A stretch of DNA of 64,000 nt from an uncultured Acidobacteriota bacterium (GTDB lineage Bacteria > Acidobacteriota > UBA6911): NCBI GenBank assembly GCA_963809485.1, contig CAWEJX010000020.1:1-64000 (forward strand), given 5' to 3'. The notes below the pieces were generated by a model, which was not told the origin of the DNA, did no database searches, and was given only the letters and a program-made list of their open reading frames with translations. This document shows, piece after piece, positions 7,333 to 17,139 of this stretch. A program made the position numbers and the translations under genes. Each line of letters begins with the position of its first letter. The stretch's first letter is position 1.

Positions 7333-9780
7333 ATGTATAAATTCAGACCCGCGACGAAACGTATAAAATTCATGCATCAGCTCATCCGCGACCGGGTGAT
7401 CCAGACCGACGCGGAACGTGCCCTCATCACTACCGAGTCCAACAGGAAAAACGAGCACGTCGTGCCGATCATCAAAAGAGCCCGGATTGCCCACGACGTC
7501 TGCTCGCAGATGACCGTTCGTGTCGAGGACTTCGAAATCATCGTGGGCAACAAAGGCAAAAACTTCCTCGGCTCCGGCTTCAATCCGGAATGGAGCGGCG
7601 AAGGATGGATACCGGCGATGGTCGAAAGAGGCGTCTGGACCCTCCGGGACGACGGCCTGTATCACAACCCCGACGGCGAAGAACTGAAACTGACCATCAG
7701 CCCCGAGGATGTGCAGGCGCTCCTCTCTATCCGCGACTACTGGAAGGGACGGACCATAACCACGACCGCGGACGCATGGCAGCCGGACGGCTACGACGAA
7801 CTCTGCCGACTCAACGCATGCACCAACGTGCCCGGCGCCCCTCTCATGATGATGACGGCCGGCCACCTTACACCCGGCTTCCAGAAGATCATCCGCACGG
7901 GTTATGCCGCTATCCGCAAACAGGCCCAGGACTGGCTGGATGCCCACAGGAATAACCTCATGGGCGAGGATGTGAACAGAAGCATGTTCTACAAGGCTGC
8001 CACGATCGTCTGCGATGCAGCCGCCGCTCTGATCCAGCGATACGGCCAGGCCTGCCTCGCTAAAGCCGCAGCATGCAAAGATGCCGCCCGCAAGGCCGAA
8101 CTGTTGAAAATGGCCGACGGCCTGGTCTGGATCTCGCAAAATCCCGCCCGCACCTTCTGGGAGGCATGCCAGGCCGCCATGATGTACCAGCTTTTCCTTG
8201 CCATGGAAACCGGCTATCCGGCCAACTCCTTCGGCCGCTTCGACCAGTACACCTGGCCCTTCCTCAAAGCGGATTTGGATGCAGGCCGCATAACGCTGGA
8301 TGAAGCCCAGGAAATCGTCGACGCCTTCTTCCTGAAAGCCAACTGTTTCTACGGCGCCGCGCATCCATCTGTCGCCATCATCACCGGCATCGGCAATACT
8401 TATCAGCACACGACTATCGGCGGAGTCGATCCCGGCACGGGCGAGGACGCCACCAATCCCGTCACCTATATGGTGCTCGAAACCATCGGCAGGCTCGGGC
8501 TTCACGATCCGACCATTTCCCTGCGCATCAACAAGAACACCCCGGACGAGCTCTGGGACTGCGCGCTCGAAACGACCAGGCTCGTCGGCGGACTGCCTTT
8601 GTTCCAGAATGACGACGTGATCATACCCGGCCTGATGAGGGAGCTCGGTTTCGAACTCAGGGACGCCCGCGACTACGCGGTGATCGGCTGCCAGGAAATC
8701 ACCGGTTCCGGCAACGACTACCCTGCGTGCAACGGCACATCGCCGCCGCACGCCAGCGTCCACTACGGCGTTGTCCTCGGCATGGCCCTCAACAACGGAA
8801 TTAACCCGTTCAACGGCGAGCCGTGCAGCATCAGGACCGGATATCTCTATGACATGAAATCCCTTGACGAAGTCAAAGCTGCATATAAAGCCATCGCCGG
8901 CTATGTAACCAGGGCGCAGGTGAGCATCAACAATTACACCGAGTACCTGACCATGTACCATGCCCCGCTCGTCGGGCTCTCCGTCTCCATGGAAGGCTGC
9001 ATGGAATCGGGCAAAGACTGCACCTGGGGCGGCTGCAAGTACAATTCCTACGGGGGCACCGCCACCGGTCTCGCGACCATCGCCGACTCGCTCACCACCA
9101 TCCAATACATGGTCTTTGACAAAAAGCTCTGCACGGCCCGAGAGCTTTACGACGCCGTCATGGCCAACTGGGAAGGGCATGAGCTGCTGCGGCAGAGGAT
9201 CCTGAACGAGGTTCCTCACTACGGGAACAATGATCCGTATGCGGACGAGCAGATGAAGTGGGCCTGCGATACCTACTACCAGATCTGCTGCGAGTGCTAC
9301 AGCACCAGGACCCGGCACTTCAAGGCCGGGCTCTACAGCGCATCCGATCACGTGTTCCAGGGCTATCATACCTGGGCAACCCCGGACGGCCGGAAGACGG
9401 GAGAACCTCTGGCGGACGCCACTTCGCCCGCGCAGGGCCGCGACCGCAACGGTCCGACGGCTGTGTGCACCTCGGCCCGGTGCTACGACCACAGCAAGTT
9501 CATGGATGGCCTGGCTCTGAATATCCGCATCCACCCGTCCGCGCTGAGCCGGGAGGACGGCATCGCCAAACTGCGCGACATGACCCGGACCTATCTGAAT
9601 GACGGCGGGATGGAGGTTCAGTACAACGTGGTAAGCTCGGAAACCATGAGGGCCGCGCAGAAGGACCCCGATTCCTTCCGTAACCTCGTCGTCCGCATCG
9701 CCGGCTATTCGGCCTACTTCGTCGAGCTCAACAGGGATTGCCAGGACGACATCATCCGGAGAACCGAGAACGCCATCTGA
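7333..9780 (+). CDS. Glycyl radical enzyme (PFL2/eliminase-like family), substrate unknown
   Basis: 815 aa. GRFDQY, Cys loop VIGCQE, ATPDGR, C-terminal glycyl loop LVVRIAGYSAYF. Confidence 0.93.
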   Translation: MYKFRPATKRIKFMHQLIRDRVIQTDAERALITTESNRKNEHVVPIIKRARIAHDVCSQMTVRVEDFEIIVGNKGKNFLGSGFNPEWSGEGWIPAMVERGVWTLRDDGLYHNPDGEELKLTISPEDVQALLSIRDYWKGRTITTTADAWQPDGYDELCRLNACTNVPGAPLMMMTAGHLTPGFQKIIRTGYAAIRKQAQDWLDAHRNNLMGEDVNRSMFYKAATIVCDAAAALIQRYGQACLAKAAACKDAARKAELLKMADGLVWISQNPARTFWEACQAAMMYQLFLAMETGYPANSFGRFDQYTWPFLKADLDAGRITLDEAQEIVDAFFLKANCFYGAAHPSVAIITGIGNTYQHTTIGGVDPGTGEDATNPVTYMVLETIGRLGLHDPTISLRINKNTPDELWDCALETTRLVGGLPLFQNDDVIIPGLMRELGFELRDARDYAVIGCQEITGSGNDYPACNGTSPPHASVHYGVVLGMALNNGINPFNGEPCSIRTGYLYDMKSLDEVKAAYKAIAGYVTRAQVSINNYTEYLTMYHAPLVGLSVSMEGCMESGKDCTWGGCKYNSYGGTATGLATIADSLTTIQYMVFDKKLCTARELYDAVMANWEGHELLRQRILNEVPHYGNNDPYADEQMKWACDTYYQICCECYSTRTRHFKAGLYSASDHVFQGYHTWATPDGRKTGEPLADATSPAQGRDRNGPTAVCTSARCYDHSKFMDGLALNIRIHPSALSREDGIAKLRDMTRTYLNDGGMEVQYNVVSSETMRAAQKDPDSFRNLVVRIAGYSAYFVELNRDCQDDIIRRTENAI

Positions 9781-9802
9781 AACTCCGCAGCAAAACCCGC
9801 AG

Positions 9803-9851
9803 TGTCAGTTGTCGGCGTCCGTCAGCGTTTTGTCTGCGTAACTCAGCGTAA
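9803..9851 (+). repeat. TCAGCG-type short-period array
   Basis: TC[A/G/T]GCG cores at 9812, 9822, 9833, 9843. Confidence 0.7.
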
Positions 9852-9930
9852 TGGATTTGCAGGATGCAGGATTTCTTTGGATCGCCGGGCGAAGATGCGA
9901 CCCACCGAAAAATCCAAGAGCCGAGTATTT

Positions 9931-10977
9931 CTAATCAACGCCGGAGAGGTGAAGGTCGTAGATGAAATCGGGGCGGCCGTCGCCGCGCAGGTCGCTGACA
10001 CGGATATAATACGTTCCCGTATACGGCAGACTGTAGCCTGAAATCAGCGAATCCTGGATGATGCCCAGGGAGATATCGTCATTATATGTAAGCCGGCTGC
10101 AGCCCGAGTCGAGCAGTTCCAGGAACGAGTCGACGAAGATGTCCTGCGTGGTCGAGTTACTGTATAGGGTGAGGCGTTCCGAGTAAATTTCGATCGTCAC
10201 AGTGGCTCCGGCGGTCCCCTGGAAGGAATACACGTCAATGTCGCCATAGGGGCTGAGGGACGCGCGGATAACGCCGTTCGAAAGCGGAGTGGCCGTCTCA
10301 CACGTGTCGTTGCGCCCGAGTTTTCCGGCGCGCACACGGATGCCGTATGCCTGCTCCAGGGTATCCGGCTGGTACGCATAGTCGCCGGCCTGAATCACGA
10401 AATTAACCGTCGTATCGCTGGAAACTGATGGCGCCGTGCCCGTGATCACACCGGCGCTGCTCAGGGTCAGGCCCTCCGGCAGAGAACCCGAAACAACCGA
10501 CCAGGAATAGGGCCGAATGCCGCCCTCGGCCTGAAGGGCATATTCGTATGTTTTTCCGGGTGCCGCATCCGGAAGGCGTTTCGTTAAAACGGAGAGCGGC
10601 GCGACGGCTTCAAGCGTGAGGGTTACGGCATTGGATGTCCCCCCTCCGGGCGATGGATTGGATACACGCACAACCGCGCTTCCCGCACCCGAGAGGTCGG
10701 CGGCCGGTATGGCAGCCGTAAGCCTTGTGCTGCTAATGTAGGTCGTGGTCTTGCCGGTCCCGCCCCATTGCACGATGGAAGAGGAGATGAAGTTCCAGCC
10801 TTCAACCGTCAGGGTAATATCGCGGCTTCCGGCCGGAACGCTCGATGGAGAAATCGCCGAGATGCTCGGGACAGGATTCTGCGGGACCGAAGAAGAATCG
10901 GAGCCGCCCCCTCCGCAGCCGGACAACAGAATCGAAAATGCGCAGGCCAGGCCCGCGCTCAACAGGATTCGATCCAT
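9931..10977 (-). CDS. Lipoprotein with IPT/TIG, putative Ig and PPC (pre-peptidase C-terminal) domains
   Basis: Lipobox LSGC after MDRILL; NPVPSISAISPSS (IPT); LPDA...PYSWSVVSGSLPEGLTL (Ig); DIDVYSF...NDD...TGTYYIRV (PPC). Confidence 0.8.
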   Translation of the reverse strand: MDRILLSAGLACAFSILLSGCGGGGSDSSSVPQNPVPSISAISPSSVPAGSRDITLTVEGWNFISSSIVQWGGTGKTTTYISSTRLTAAIPAADLSGAGSAVVRVSNPSPGGGTSNAVTLTLEAVAPLSVLTKRLPDAAPGKTYEYALQAEGGIRPYSWSVVSGSLPEGLTLSSAGVITGTAPSVSSDTTVNFVIQAGDYAYQPDTLEQAYGIRVRAGKLGRNDTCETATPLSNGVIRASLSPYGDIDVYSFQGTAGATVTIEIYSERLTLYSNSTTQDIFVDSFLELLDSGCSRLTYNDDISLGIIQDSLISGYSLPYTGTYYIRVSDLRGDGRPDFIYDLHLSGVD

Positions 10978-11135
10978 CCCGTTTCGTTCTCTCTGGCTCA
11001 GGCAGCATAGCCGAAAAACCAAGCATCCACCTCCATATTCGCCCGATATCGCAGCTGACGAACTCATAACAGGTCACAGATCGATGGATTTGGCTTCCTT
11101 GCTTGCGACGTGCGACCTGAAACTTGAAACCGCTT

Positions 11136-12434
11136 TTAGGGCCCATCTTCCCAGGCGTCGTAGCGCGGCGGCGTACCGAGAAAAATGACATCGGTTTGGG
11201 TATCAACGACAGCACCCGCGCCCACCGATATGACGGATTTTGCCGAACAGCTGTCGTTGGGCGACGAAGGATAGTTCAGGTATTGGGGGTCACAGAATCC
11301 GGGAAGCTTGAACTGGAAGCTGAGATCGTTGCCGATCGGTCCCACTCCCGAAGAGTCTACGAAGGGATAATTTCCCGCATTGTTGATCGCTTCGACCTCA
11401 ATCGTGTAGTCGCCCGGGGGCAGGCCGGGAATATCGTAATAGCCGACCAGAGACTGGTCCCGGGAACCGTAGAAAAGCTCGGTATCCGTTCCATCGGGCA
11501 CGAGCGGATTTCCCGCGCCGGCCGTATAGAGAAATCCCGAGACGCACGAAACCGCAGTGCGCCGCGGATCCCCCACAAGCCGCGCAATCACGTTGTAACC
11601 CTGCGCCGGCGTCTTGCCATCGGAGAATACAACACGGCCCTGGATCCGGCCGGTGGTTATCCCGAAATTGGAGGCTGGATAGAGCATGGAAACCGCCGCC
11701 TTGTCATCGGCCTTTAAGGTGGCCGTCGTCTCTTCCAGCATGATCGGAAACATCAACGGCATTCCCGCCGCATCATCGGCGGGGCAGTTTGTCCCGGTCA
11801 GGCAATTCAGATTGATCTGCGAGTGATCGAGACCGATGAGATGGCCGAATTCGTGAGTGAAAACCATTCTGAATTCATCCAGCGTCACGGTTTGATGGCC
11901 CGATGTGTCGGGCGACCCATCGATGAAACGCCCGTTCAGGACAGACCATCCGCGCGTGTAAATGCCATTTGTGTCGTCCGAACAGATAATCCCGGCAAAG
12001 CCCAGAGTGGAATTGTTGTCCATGCCCAATTCCTGGATGATGCTGCCGTCAAAATCATAAACAATGGCGTTGGCCGGCTGGGTACTGTCGGAGCACTGCC
12101 CGAGGGCGTTCGCGAAGGCCACGATATTGTTGACGGTCACGTCATAGTCCAGCAGGCCGGCGTTCTGAAACGTGATGTCGGCGGTATCGACGTCCTGCCA
12201 GACCTGAAAAGCATCCGCAACCAGCATATTGGCTTGAGCGTTAGCCTGGTTCCCCAAACCTCCCCGGTCTGTCCTGTAGACAACGGGATTCATCCCCCAG
12301 CGATAAGGCTGCCCGGGCTGTGTGGCCTCCAGTCCCGTTACATAGAGCGGCCCGCCGGCGTGAACCGAAATTACACCGGCCATCATGCCAGCCGCAAGAA
12401 CTGCAAGGAAAGCCTTTTCCATTCTCTTTTTCAT
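11136..12434 (-). CDS. Secreted matrixin (M10-like metzincin) metalloprotease with C-terminal carboxypeptidase-regulatory-like domain
   Basis: Signal peptide, HEFGHLIGLDHS zinc motif, Met-turn PLMFP, LKADD; C-terminal GRIQGRV...IPGLPPGDYTIEVE. Confidence 0.88.
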   Translation of the reverse strand: MKKRMEKAFLAVLAAGMMAGVISVHAGGPLYVTGLEATQPGQPYRWGMNPVVYRTDRGGLGNQANAQANMLVADAFQVWQDVDTADITFQNAGLLDYDVTVNNIVAFANALGQCSDSTQPANAIVYDFDGSIIQELGMDNNSTLGFAGIICSDDTNGIYTRGWSVLNGRFIDGSPDTSGHQTVTLDEFRMVFTHEFGHLIGLDHSQINLNCLTGTNCPADDAAGMPLMFPIMLEETTATLKADDKAAVSMLYPASNFGITTGRIQGRVVFSDGKTPAQGYNVIARLVGDPRRTAVSCVSGFLYTAGAGNPLVPDGTDTELFYGSRDQSLVGYYDIPGLPPGDYTIEVEAINNAGNYPFVDSSGVGPIGNDLSFQFKLPGFCDPQYLNYPSSPNDSCSAKSVISVGAGAVVDTQTDVIFLGTPPRYDAWEDGP

Positions 12435-13063
12435 TGGATTCTCGGCAAGGTTGTCAGGCTTTTGACCAGGGAAACAAACTCGTCCAGCAAAACCGGACCG
12501 CGCTCAACCGCGGCCGTACGCAATTGACTCGCCGTAAGAGGCGCTCCCGCCTGGCTCGCCGACTTTGCGACATTGGTAAACAATCCGGCGTTCCCGCGAC
12601 CGTTCATCACCTTTGCACCGCCCTTGTATTCCGTGGAAACATTAAAGCGGCCCTGTTCTATGCCGATGGGACTGCTCAGGCCGTGCTTTGACGGGGATGG
12701 AAGAAAAAGGAAGAGCTGTTGGCCGACCGCGTAACTTCGCTTCCCTTCTCTCGACCTGAGGCCCAAAAACATCTCGCGAAAAGTGTAGGTCTTGCCCGCA
12801 GGCCCCCGCACCATTTGATCGATATCGAGCGTGACCTTAATTGTCGGTATGTTGGGATAGCCCGGGAGGGGTTCCTCGCTGACGCTCCTGACCCGGCCCT
12901 GCACGATGACATCGGCACGCTGCGCAAGATACGCGAGGTTCACGGGACGCGCGATGAATTGCGCGGCCAGAGGAGAGGCGAACAGGACCGATAGGAGGGA
13001 TACCGCCCCGACCCGCAGTGCCCCGCGAATTTGAAAGCCGCTGATCGGCAAGTATCTATTCAT
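12431..13063 (-). CDS. Secreted hypothetical protein, possible TIMP/NTR-like OB fold
   Basis: GGAGG before MNRYL, signal peptide, ADVIVQGRV...VTLDIDQMVRG...GQQLFLFL. Stop overlaps the matrixin start (ATGA). Confidence 0.7.
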   Translation of the reverse strand: MNRYLPISGFQIRGALRVGAVSLLSVLFASPLAAQFIARPVNLAYLAQRADVIVQGRVRSVSEEPLPGYPNIPTIKVTLDIDQMVRGPAGKTYTFREMFLGLRSREGKRSYAVGQQLFLFLPSPSKHGLSSPIGIEQGRFNVSTEYKGGAKVMNGRGNAGLFTNVAKSASQAGAPLTASQLRTAAVERGPVLLDEFVSLVKSLTTLPRIQ

Positions 13064-13178
13064 GATCCATCCTCCCTGCAGGTGGTTGCATTGTAGCCCA
13101 ATCACAGTGAGATTACATGAAATCCATGATTCGGGAAGATAAGAAAACCTGAATTAACAAAATTTTTACGAATTCACG

Positions 13179-13270
13179 AACGCTGACTTGCGCTGATAAA
13201 ACCTGACACACTAGGATCTGAAATATTTATATTTTTTCGTTCGTCCGCGAGTATCAGCGTAAGTCAGCGT
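13179..13270. repeat. Inverted pair of TCAGCG-type arrays around an AT-rich spacer
   Basis: ACGCTGACTTGCGCTGATA ... TATCAGCGTAAGTCAGCGT immediately downstream of purQ. Confidence 0.7.
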
Positions 13271-13274
13271 CGCC

Positions 13275-14081
13275 CTAGATGCGCTTCAAATGCTCGACGG
13301 CATTGCGGAAAATGGCCAGGCCAAGGCCGTGTTCCGGCAAGACGCCGCGCTGCTTTTGCAGGTCCCACAGGGGATGATTTTCCGGGTAAAGGTAAGCCTC
13401 CGGATGGGGCATCATACCGAAGATACGGCCCGTGGGATCGCACAGGCCTGCAATAGCGTTCAGGGAGCCGTTGGGATTGCAGGGAAATACCTGTGTCGGT
13501 TCTCCGTTGGACGGATCCGTATAGCGGCAAGCCACGCAACCTAATGCCTCCAGCTTATCCAACAGCCTTTTGTCCGGTGTAAAGACTTTGCCTTCCCCGT
13601 GGCGGATCGGCAGCGAAAAAGGCTCCAGTCCCCGCGTAAAAACGCACGGCGAACCGGGTTCGAAACGCAGGCGCACCCAGAGATTCTGGAAGGTGCCGCA
13701 GTCGTTCTGCATGAGGGAGAGCTTCTGGGTGGCATAATCGTTGTCCAGCCCCGGCAGCAGCCCGAGCTTCACCATGATCTGAAAGCCGTTGCAGGCTCCC
13801 AGGACAAGCCGGCCGTCTCTGATGAAGTGTTCGAGGGCGCCGCTGATCCGGTGCCGGATACGCAGGGCGAACGCGTGGCCCGAGGTCATGTGATCGCCGT
13901 AAGAGAAGCCGCCGATGAACATCAGCGCCGCAAAATCGTTCAGCCGCGACGGCTGCGCGACCAGGTCGCTGAAATGGACCAGTTCCGGTTTTGCGCCCGC
14001 CAGCTCCCAGGCGTACTTCGATTCGGCCTCGCAATTGAGCCCATAGCCGGTGATGATAAGGACTGCGGGGCTAGACGCCAT
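13275..14081 (-). CDS. purQ: FGAM synthase glutaminase subunit
   Basis: GYGLNCE, GGFSYGD, GACNGFQ, NPNGS, GMMPHPE. Start MASSP overlaps the purL stop. Confidence 0.95.
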   Translation of the reverse strand: MASSPAVLIITGYGLNCEAESKYAWELAGAKPELVHFSDLVAQPSRLNDFAALMFIGGFSYGDHMTSGHAFALRIRHRISGALEHFIRDGRLVLGACNGFQIMVKLGLLPGLDNDYATQKLSLMQNDCGTFQNLWVRLRFEPGSPCVFTRGLEPFSLPIRHGEGKVFTPDKRLLDKLEALGCVACRYTDPSNGEPTQVFPCNPNGSLNAIAGLCDPTGRIFGMMPHPEAYLYPENHPLWDLQKQRGVLPEHGLGLAIFRNAVEHLKRI

Positions 14082-17061
14082 ACAAGGTTTCCTTGAACGC
14101 TCTGCGGAGCGCATCGATGTCGATATCCACAAGCTTGCGGCCGCTTTTGCCCGCAATCCGCAGCCGCCGTTCCGCCAGTACCGTGCCGATCCGCGCGCAG
14201 GGCAAGCCGCGGAAGACCGCCATCAGTTCGGGTTCAGACTCAGGCGCGCAGGTGACCACAAACCGGCTGTTCGATTCCGAGAAAAGCCTGGCGTCGTCGT
14301 CCAGCGGGCCCTGGCACGCCAGCAGATTCAGGTCGATCTCAGCCCCGAGATCGCCCCCTGCCGCGGGAAGCGCAAAAGCCACCGCCAGTCCTCCCAGCGT
14401 GGGCGTGTGGGAGGAGCGCAGAAGCCCCCTGGCGGTCGCCTCGCCCATGGCGCGATATATCGCAAGCGCCTTTGCCGTGTCCAGTCCCGGTGGCGTACCG
14501 CCGCAATGTTCCGGCGTCCCCTGCTCCTGTGCAAGAAGGCGGAAATATTCCGAGCCGCCCAATTCATGCCTTGTATCGCCGATTACAAAGATGGAATCGC
14601 CGGGGTTTTTAAAGTACATGGTCACGGCAATCCCGATGTCGTCCATCTTTCCGATCGTTGAAAAAAGCACTGTCGGAGGGATGGAAATTTTGCGCCCGCC
14701 CCGCACCGAATCGTTCTTCATGCTGTCTTTGCCGGATATGGCAGGGACCTTATAGGCGGTCGTAATGTCGTAAAGGGCCTTGTGGGCGCGCACCAGCTGG
14801 GCCATTTTGTATGGGCCGTCCGGCGTTTTCTCCGAAAGCACGGGATCGGGCCAGCAGAAATTGTCCAATCCGGCTATAGACCCAAGCCGCCCACCCACGC
14901 TGATCACCCGCCGAACCGCTTCGTCGATGACGCTCGCCATCATGGAGTAGGTATCCAGGTCGGAATAAAACGGATTGATCCCTTCCGCGAGGATGATGCC
15001 TTCGCGGCGGCCATGTTCGACCCTCATGACGGTGGCGTCGCTCGGCACATCGCTGTAAACGCCGACGAACGGTTTGACCACGCTCAATCCCTTGACCTCG
15101 CCGTCGTATTGCCGGGACTTGAATTCTCTCGAGCAGACATTCAGGGATCCGAGCAGCCCGAGCAGCTTCCGGTTGCGGGATCCCCGGCGCAGTTTTTGGG
15201 GAGAACGGACCTGCGGCGGCTGCCATCGGGCTTCCAGGACCATGCGCGGGACGCCGTCATGCAAAAAGCCGAGGTCCAGGCAGCCCACGACGCCGTCTCC
15301 ATAGCGCACGATCAGCGAGCCGCTATCGGTAAAGGATCCGAGCGCCGTCGCTTCCACTTCGCGACGCGCGGATAGAGCAAGAAGTTCGTCGAGTTTTTCG
15401 GGCGGCACGGCCAGCGTCATCCGCTCCTGTGCTTCGGATAGAAAAATTTCCCATGGCTGCAGGCCTTCGTATTTGAGCGGAGCTTTGGCCAGGTCGAGAT
15501 CTGCGCCTCCGCTCAGGCGGCTCAGTTCGCCGACCGAAGAGCTCAGTCCGCCGGCGCCGTTATCGGTGATGGTGCGGTATAAACCGAGGTCCCGGGCCTC
15601 CATCAGGAATTCGTACATGTTGCGCTGTGTAATCGGGTCGCCGATCTGAACTGCCTGGGCTGGAGACTCCTTGCGCAGCTCCTCGGAAGAAAAAGTCGCG
15701 CCGTGAATCCCGTCTTTCCCGATGCGGCCGCCGCACATCACGATGATATCCCCGGGACATATCTCCTTGCGGCTGGATGGGCGGCCCTGCAGAAGCCGCG
15801 GGATGCGCCCCACGGTCCCGCAATATACCAGGGGCTTGCCGATGTAACGCTCGTCGAAGCGCTCGAATCCGCGCGCCCAAGGGATGCCGCTGTTGTTTCC
15901 GCCGTCGATGACGCCCTGATGGACCCCGTCCCGGATGCGCCGGGGATGCATCAAACCCTCGGGCAGGTCGCCCTGGTAGGATGGAGATCCCAGGCAATAC
16001 CCCCATACGTTGCAAAGCATCTCGCAACCCATCCCGGCACCCATCGGGTCGCGATTGACCCCGACGATGCCCGTGATCGCGCCTCCGTATGGGTCCAGCG
16101 CCGAGGGGGAATTATGCGTTTCCACTTTGTAGGAAATATCGTACCGTTCATTGAACCGTATGATGCCCGCGTTGTCGCTGAAAACGGAGACCAGCCAGTC
16201 GATTTCCCCGGCTATTTTCTCCGTGGCGGCGCGGATGCAGGTTTTGAAAAGAGAATCGATCCACTCCTCGTGCCCGGATTCATCCACGTAGTGCACCCGG
16301 CCGGCGAAGATCTTGTGCTTGCAGTGTTCCGACCAGGTCTGGGCGATGCATTCTACCTCTACGTCGGTAGGCTGTTCCGGCAATCCCAGCGATACGCGGG
16401 CTCTTTTTACCGAGTCCCGGGCGAAATAATCCCGAATGGCGTGCATTTCCTCCAAACTCAAAGACAGGATCCCTTCGCTGCTGATACGCATAAGCTCCGC
16501 GTCGCTTCCGCTGAGATCATAGGTTCCGATGCGTATATCGGCTTTCTCGCGGATTGCGGGCACCGCGTCGTCGACGGGCGCCGAAGCCCACTCCCCGGCG
16601 GAAAAAATCCGGATAGTATGAATCAGCGGATTCGCCAGCAGGTCCAGGGCGAGGCGTTCAACGTCGGCGCGTGAGAGGCGGGCGCCGCGGAAAAAATATT
16701 GTATAGAGGTATAAACGGACTCCGTCAAGGTGAGGCGGCGATCCAGCAGATCCTGCAGGACGGTCCGCGCCGTGGTCCCCACGTTGTCCGTCACCCCGGG
16801 TTTGAAACCGACCTCGACCATCCAGTCGAAGACAGGGGCCCGCAGCCTGTCCTTTGCCGACCGCGAAGTGACCGGATCGGCAAAGGTCCGCTGAATTTCG
16901 CGCAGTTCCTTGGGAGAAAGGCTGACATCAACTTTATAGACATCCCGCGTCTGGCAGGATTCAACCGGCAGGCCGAAAAAACGCCGGGCTTTGGCGACCG
17001 TCGCACGGCCGCGCGCATCCCTGATTCCCCGTTTCAGCCCGATTTCTATGCGATATGCCAA
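14071..17061 (-). CDS. purL: FGAM synthase synthetase subunit with N-terminal PurS-like extension
   Basis: QTWSEHCKH, KVETHNSPS, GKDGIHGATFSS, DNGAGG, SEAQERM, LDNFCW, SGKDS. Probable TTG start at 17061. Confidence 0.95.
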   Translation of the reverse strand: MAYRIEIGLKRGIRDARGRATVAKARRFFGLPVESCQTRDVYKVDVSLSPKELREIQRTFADPVTSRSAKDRLRAPVFDWMVEVGFKPGVTDNVGTTARTVLQDLLDRRLTLTESVYTSIQYFFRGARLSRADVERLALDLLANPLIHTIRIFSAGEWASAPVDDAVPAIREKADIRIGTYDLSGSDAELMRISSEGILSLSLEEMHAIRDYFARDSVKRARVSLGLPEQPTDVEVECIAQTWSEHCKHKIFAGRVHYVDESGHEEWIDSLFKTCIRAATEKIAGEIDWLVSVFSDNAGIIRFNERYDISYKVETHNSPSALDPYGGAITGIVGVNRDPMGAGMGCEMLCNVWGYCLGSPSYQGDLPEGLMHPRRIRDGVHQGVIDGGNNSGIPWARGFERFDERYIGKPLVYCGTVGRIPRLLQGRPSSRKEICPGDIIVMCGGRIGKDGIHGATFSSEELRKESPAQAVQIGDPITQRNMYEFLMEARDLGLYRTITDNGAGGLSSSVGELSRLSGGADLDLAKAPLKYEGLQPWEIFLSEAQERMTLAVPPEKLDELLALSARREVEATALGSFTDSGSLIVRYGDGVVGCLDLGFLHDGVPRMVLEARWQPPQVRSPQKLRRGSRNRKLLGLLGSLNVCSREFKSRQYDGEVKGLSVVKPFVGVYSDVPSDATVMRVEHGRREGIILAEGINPFYSDLDTYSMMASVIDEAVRRVISVGGRLGSIAGLDNFCWPDPVLSEKTPDGPYKMAQLVRAHKALYDITTAYKVPAISGKDSMKNDSVRGGRKISIPPTVLFSTIGKMDDIGIAVTMYFKNPGDSIFVIGDTRHELGGSEYFRLLAQEQGTPEHCGGTPPGLDTAKALAIYRAMGEATARGLLRSSHTPTLGGLAVAFALPAAGGDLGAEIDLNLLACQGPLDDDARLFSESNSRFVVTCAPESEPELMAVFRGLPCARIGTVLAERRLRIAGKSGRKLVDIDIDALRRAFKETLYGV

Positions 17062-17139
17062 GGGCGCACCCGATCGTGGAAATTGACTATGAAGGATATG
17101 TATATCCCGCCAGAATTTCAATACGGAACGAGAGGATAC

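Noticed and set aside
7216-9534. 772-aa ORF antisense to the glycyl radical enzyme
   Set aside because: No recognisable motifs; long antisense frames are expected opposite GC-biased genes. The same applies to 1542-2822, 23820-24977, 32644-33744, 46496-47653, 54623-55711 and 62417-63763.
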